In this document: positions 56,665 to 58,599 of the stretch, piece by piece
How positions within the stretch are numbered: the stretch's first letter is position 1
Layout of the letters: every line of letters starts with the position of its first letter
DNA from: Candidatus Thorarchaeota archaeon
GTDB taxonomy: Archaea > Asgardarchaeota > Thorarchaeia > Thorarchaeales > Thorarchaeaceae
DNA length: 58,599 nucleotides
Direction: 5' to 3'
Assembly (NCBI GenBank): GCA_048882485.1
Contig: JBHLRP010000009.1
Location: forward strand, 16,118-74,716
Notes under the pieces: generated by a model
The model's database searches: none
Seen by the model: the letters and a program-made list of their open reading frames with translations, nothing else
What the model was told of the DNA's origin: nothing
Translations under genes and position numbers: made by a program

Positions 56665-56719
56665 TTTGACGCGAGTCGGGTGAATTGCTTCTCACTAATC
56701 AATCTAACCTGACAAGGTT

Positions 56720-57742
56720 TTAGAGTCGCTGGGCTATGAACTGTGCCTCTCCTATACTCCTCTGAACTCCCTTCATTGTGAACTCGAACGCGCCATAACG
56801 CACAAGAATGTTCTCATAGAAAACTGGCTCATTCTCCTTGAGTTCTTGAACGAAGCTTGTCTGGTCAACCTCAAACTTTCCTGCGAGTGCCATTAATGCT
56901 CTCCCGATGCTGTCCACGGCTCTTCGCATTTCGAGTACAGCGAGCTCATAGTCTCCGGAGAGTGTACAATTCATTGCACCATGATACTCCCGCTGAGCTC
57001 TTGTTAGTAGGTCTGTTGCATACTCGTCAACTGTTCCCTCACCAAAGCGTCCCTCTGCTATCCCAATCCATTCCTCAAGCTCTCCTAGGGTTTCCATGAG
57101 ATCTTCTTCTTCCATACCTTTTAGCTTGAAGGTTCGGAGAAAGAGGGGATATGCCAATGGATCCAAGAGTCGTATCTCTGTGAGAACCTCTGACGGCTTC
57201 ATTATTGAAAAGTAGTTATTCTTCATCACAATGACCCTTCCAAGATCGAAGAGGGCACTGCGTAGTTCATGGATTGCACTGATTGTGTCTTCCGCCTCAG
57301 CTGCTTTTGTAGCATTGTTCAGTGCCAGCATGGCCCGCTGCTTCATATTGTCGATTGCATCTTCAGACCATACAAAGTTCGCTGCTGTCTTCTGCCACTT
57401 TTTCAGCATTCCTTTCTTATCATGGACTACCTTGGCATTCCTCAACATGGCAACAATCTGTGCAACGCGCAATGCATCACTTGTTTTCCCTTCAAGCACC
57501 TCTTCAATCCCTAATGGAGTGATGAAGGTCATATCGACACGTATGCCCTTATGCTCAGCCAGGAGCGGAGCTGGAGACTCCACGTCATCCCAGATTACTC
57601 CGATATTCAGATCCGAGTTGGCAGTTATTGTGCCGCGCGCAAATGAACCATAGACAAAGATTCCTTTCACACTGTCGTGTTTCTTCCACTCATTCACTGT
57701 ATCATCCAGTGCTGTATTGAACTTCTTCTGTAGGTCGAACAC
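56720..57742 (-). CDS. Minimal nucleotidyltransferase fused to two HEPN/substrate-binding-like helical repeats
   Basis: VYGSFARG....SDLN; repeats RA...L..A......D...A..ELR.A and RA..EY..A.....GDYELA..EMRRA. Confidence 0.78.
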   Translation of the reverse strand: MFDLQKKFNTALDDTVNEWKKHDSVKGIFVYGSFARGTITANSDLNIGVIWDDVESPAPLLAEHKGIRVDMTFITPLGIEEVLEGKTSDALRVAQIVAMLRNAKVVHDKKGMLKKWQKTAANFVWSEDAIDNMKQRAMLALNNATKAAEAEDTISAIHELRSALFDLGRVIVMKNNYFSIMKPSEVLTEIRLLDPLAYPLFLRTFKLKGMEEEDLMETLGELEEWIGIAEGRFGEGTVDEYATDLLTRAQREYHGAMNCTLSGDYELAVLEMRRAVDSIGRALMALAGKFEVDQTSFVQELKENEPVFYENILVRYGAFEFTMKGVQRSIGEAQFIAQRL

Positions 57743-57883
57743 GACTTCTCCTCCTCATCTTGTATACTATTTCGACTTGAGTCAGTATTTGCAGGGGCTT
57801 GTCAATAAAGCTATCTAGTGGAAGTATTCGCCCGTGGGAAATAATAGGAAGGAATGCGACCAGTGAAATCGGAGTTGTAGTCA

Positions 57884-58588
57884 GTGACCCGACTAGATGG
57901 ACGTGCAAATGACGCTCTCAGACCCGTTGAGATTGTACGTGACTTTCTCAAGTATCCCGAGGGTTCAGTACTGATAAGCACTGGAGAAACCAAAGTGATA
58001 TGTACAGCCACCCTGGAAGAGGGCGTTCCAGGTTGGCTCAATAATCAAGGGCAGGGGTGGGTCACGGCTGAATATGCGATGCTCCCCAGAGCCACAGAAG
58101 ACCGTACTAATAGAAACAGAATGAGCGGTCGGGGTGCTGAGATTCAGAGGCTCATTGGTCGGTCTCTGCGTAGTGCTGTCGACATGAAAAGACTAGGTGA
58201 GAACACCATCAGGATAGACTGTGACGTGATTCAAGCAGATGGAGGCACAAGAACCTGTTCGATAACCGGAGCATATGTAGCTCTCTGCGATGCTCTTCAA
58301 TATATGATTGACATGGACATGATCCAAGAAGCCCCAATCCTTGGTCATGTTGCTGCTGTGAGTGTGGGCGTTATGAAGGGTGATCTGCTTCTCGACCTCT
58401 GCTATAAGGAGGATGCCCATGCAGATGTTGACATGAACGTAGTCATGCGCGACGACGAATTCGTTGAGGTGCAGGGCACAGGTGAGGGCGCAACTTTCGC
58501 GAGAGTTGACCTCGACAAACTGCTTGACCTTGCGTCCAAAGGCATTCGAGAACTGATGGAAATTCAGAAGAAAGCACTTTCTGGATAG
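57884..58588 (+). CDS. rph: Ribonuclease PH, bacterial type
   Basis: R.DGR, EGSVL, GWVTAEYAMLPRAT, EIQRLIGRSLR, DCDVIQADGGTRT, DLCY.ED..A.VDMNVV. Confidence 0.95.
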   Translation: MTRLDGRANDALRPVEIVRDFLKYPEGSVLISTGETKVICTATLEEGVPGWLNNQGQGWVTAEYAMLPRATEDRTNRNRMSGRGAEIQRLIGRSLRSAVDMKRLGENTIRIDCDVIQADGGTRTCSITGAYVALCDALQYMIDMDMIQEAPILGHVAAVSVGVMKGDLLLDLCYKEDAHADVDMNVVMRDDEFVEVQGTGEGATFARVDLDKLLDLASKGIRELMEIQKKALSG

Positions 58589-58599
58589 ATAGAATCTAT

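Noticed and set aside
56106-56719. omegaRNA next to the TnpB-like ORF
   Set aside because: Flanks are only 16 and 55 bp with no convincing structure; a guide encoded in trans cannot be excluded
378-58420. The many 60-170 aa ORFs overlapping identified genes
   Set aside because: Antisense or alternate-frame shadows of well-supported genes, with no motifs
1-58599. CRISPR array, rRNA, tRNA or intact IS element
   Set aside because: No regularly spaced repeats, cloverleaf, rRNA-like tract, transposase or terminal inverted repeats found by eye

Overview
Gene-dense 58.6 kb archaeal chromosomal segment, most likely Asgard/Thorarchaeia. That placement is inferred from archaeal TATA boxes and GGAGGTGA ribosome-binding sites, AfpA, geranylgeranyl reductase, a TFIIB-repeat protein, archaeal-type SerRS and MoaA, a WD40 protein and many Cys-rich orphans; it was not confirmed by a search. 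It holds a tungstate uptake plus Mo/W-cofactor cluster (tupABC, moaA, moaE-moaC fusion, moaB, moeA), larE and larB, moeB, three orphan SPPY-type DNA methyltransferases, serS, nth, superoxide reductase and bacterial-type tkt and rph. I found no rRNA, tRNA, CRISPR array or intact transposon. Best candidates for undescribed biology: (1) a threonine-synthase-fold protein lacking its PLP lysine and fused to a PadR-like wHTH, divergent from an HmpT/PdxU-like ECF S-component, with a perfect 14-bp palindrome between them (putative vitamin-B6 sensor-regulator); (2) an unannotated three-micropeptide operon with two paralogous cationic peptides sharing RRxISTxAI...FRR; (3) a RuvC-less TnpB/Cas12f-like protein behind an MNT-HEPN-HEPN fusion with an altered active site; (4) a THUMP-deleted ThiI coupled to a stand-alone copy of the MoeB C-terminal domain; (5) an 18-bp motif shared by the tupA and moaA promoters; (6) a second small-ORF cassette facing two double-Lrp-like regulators. 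All family calls come from recognising motifs by eye.
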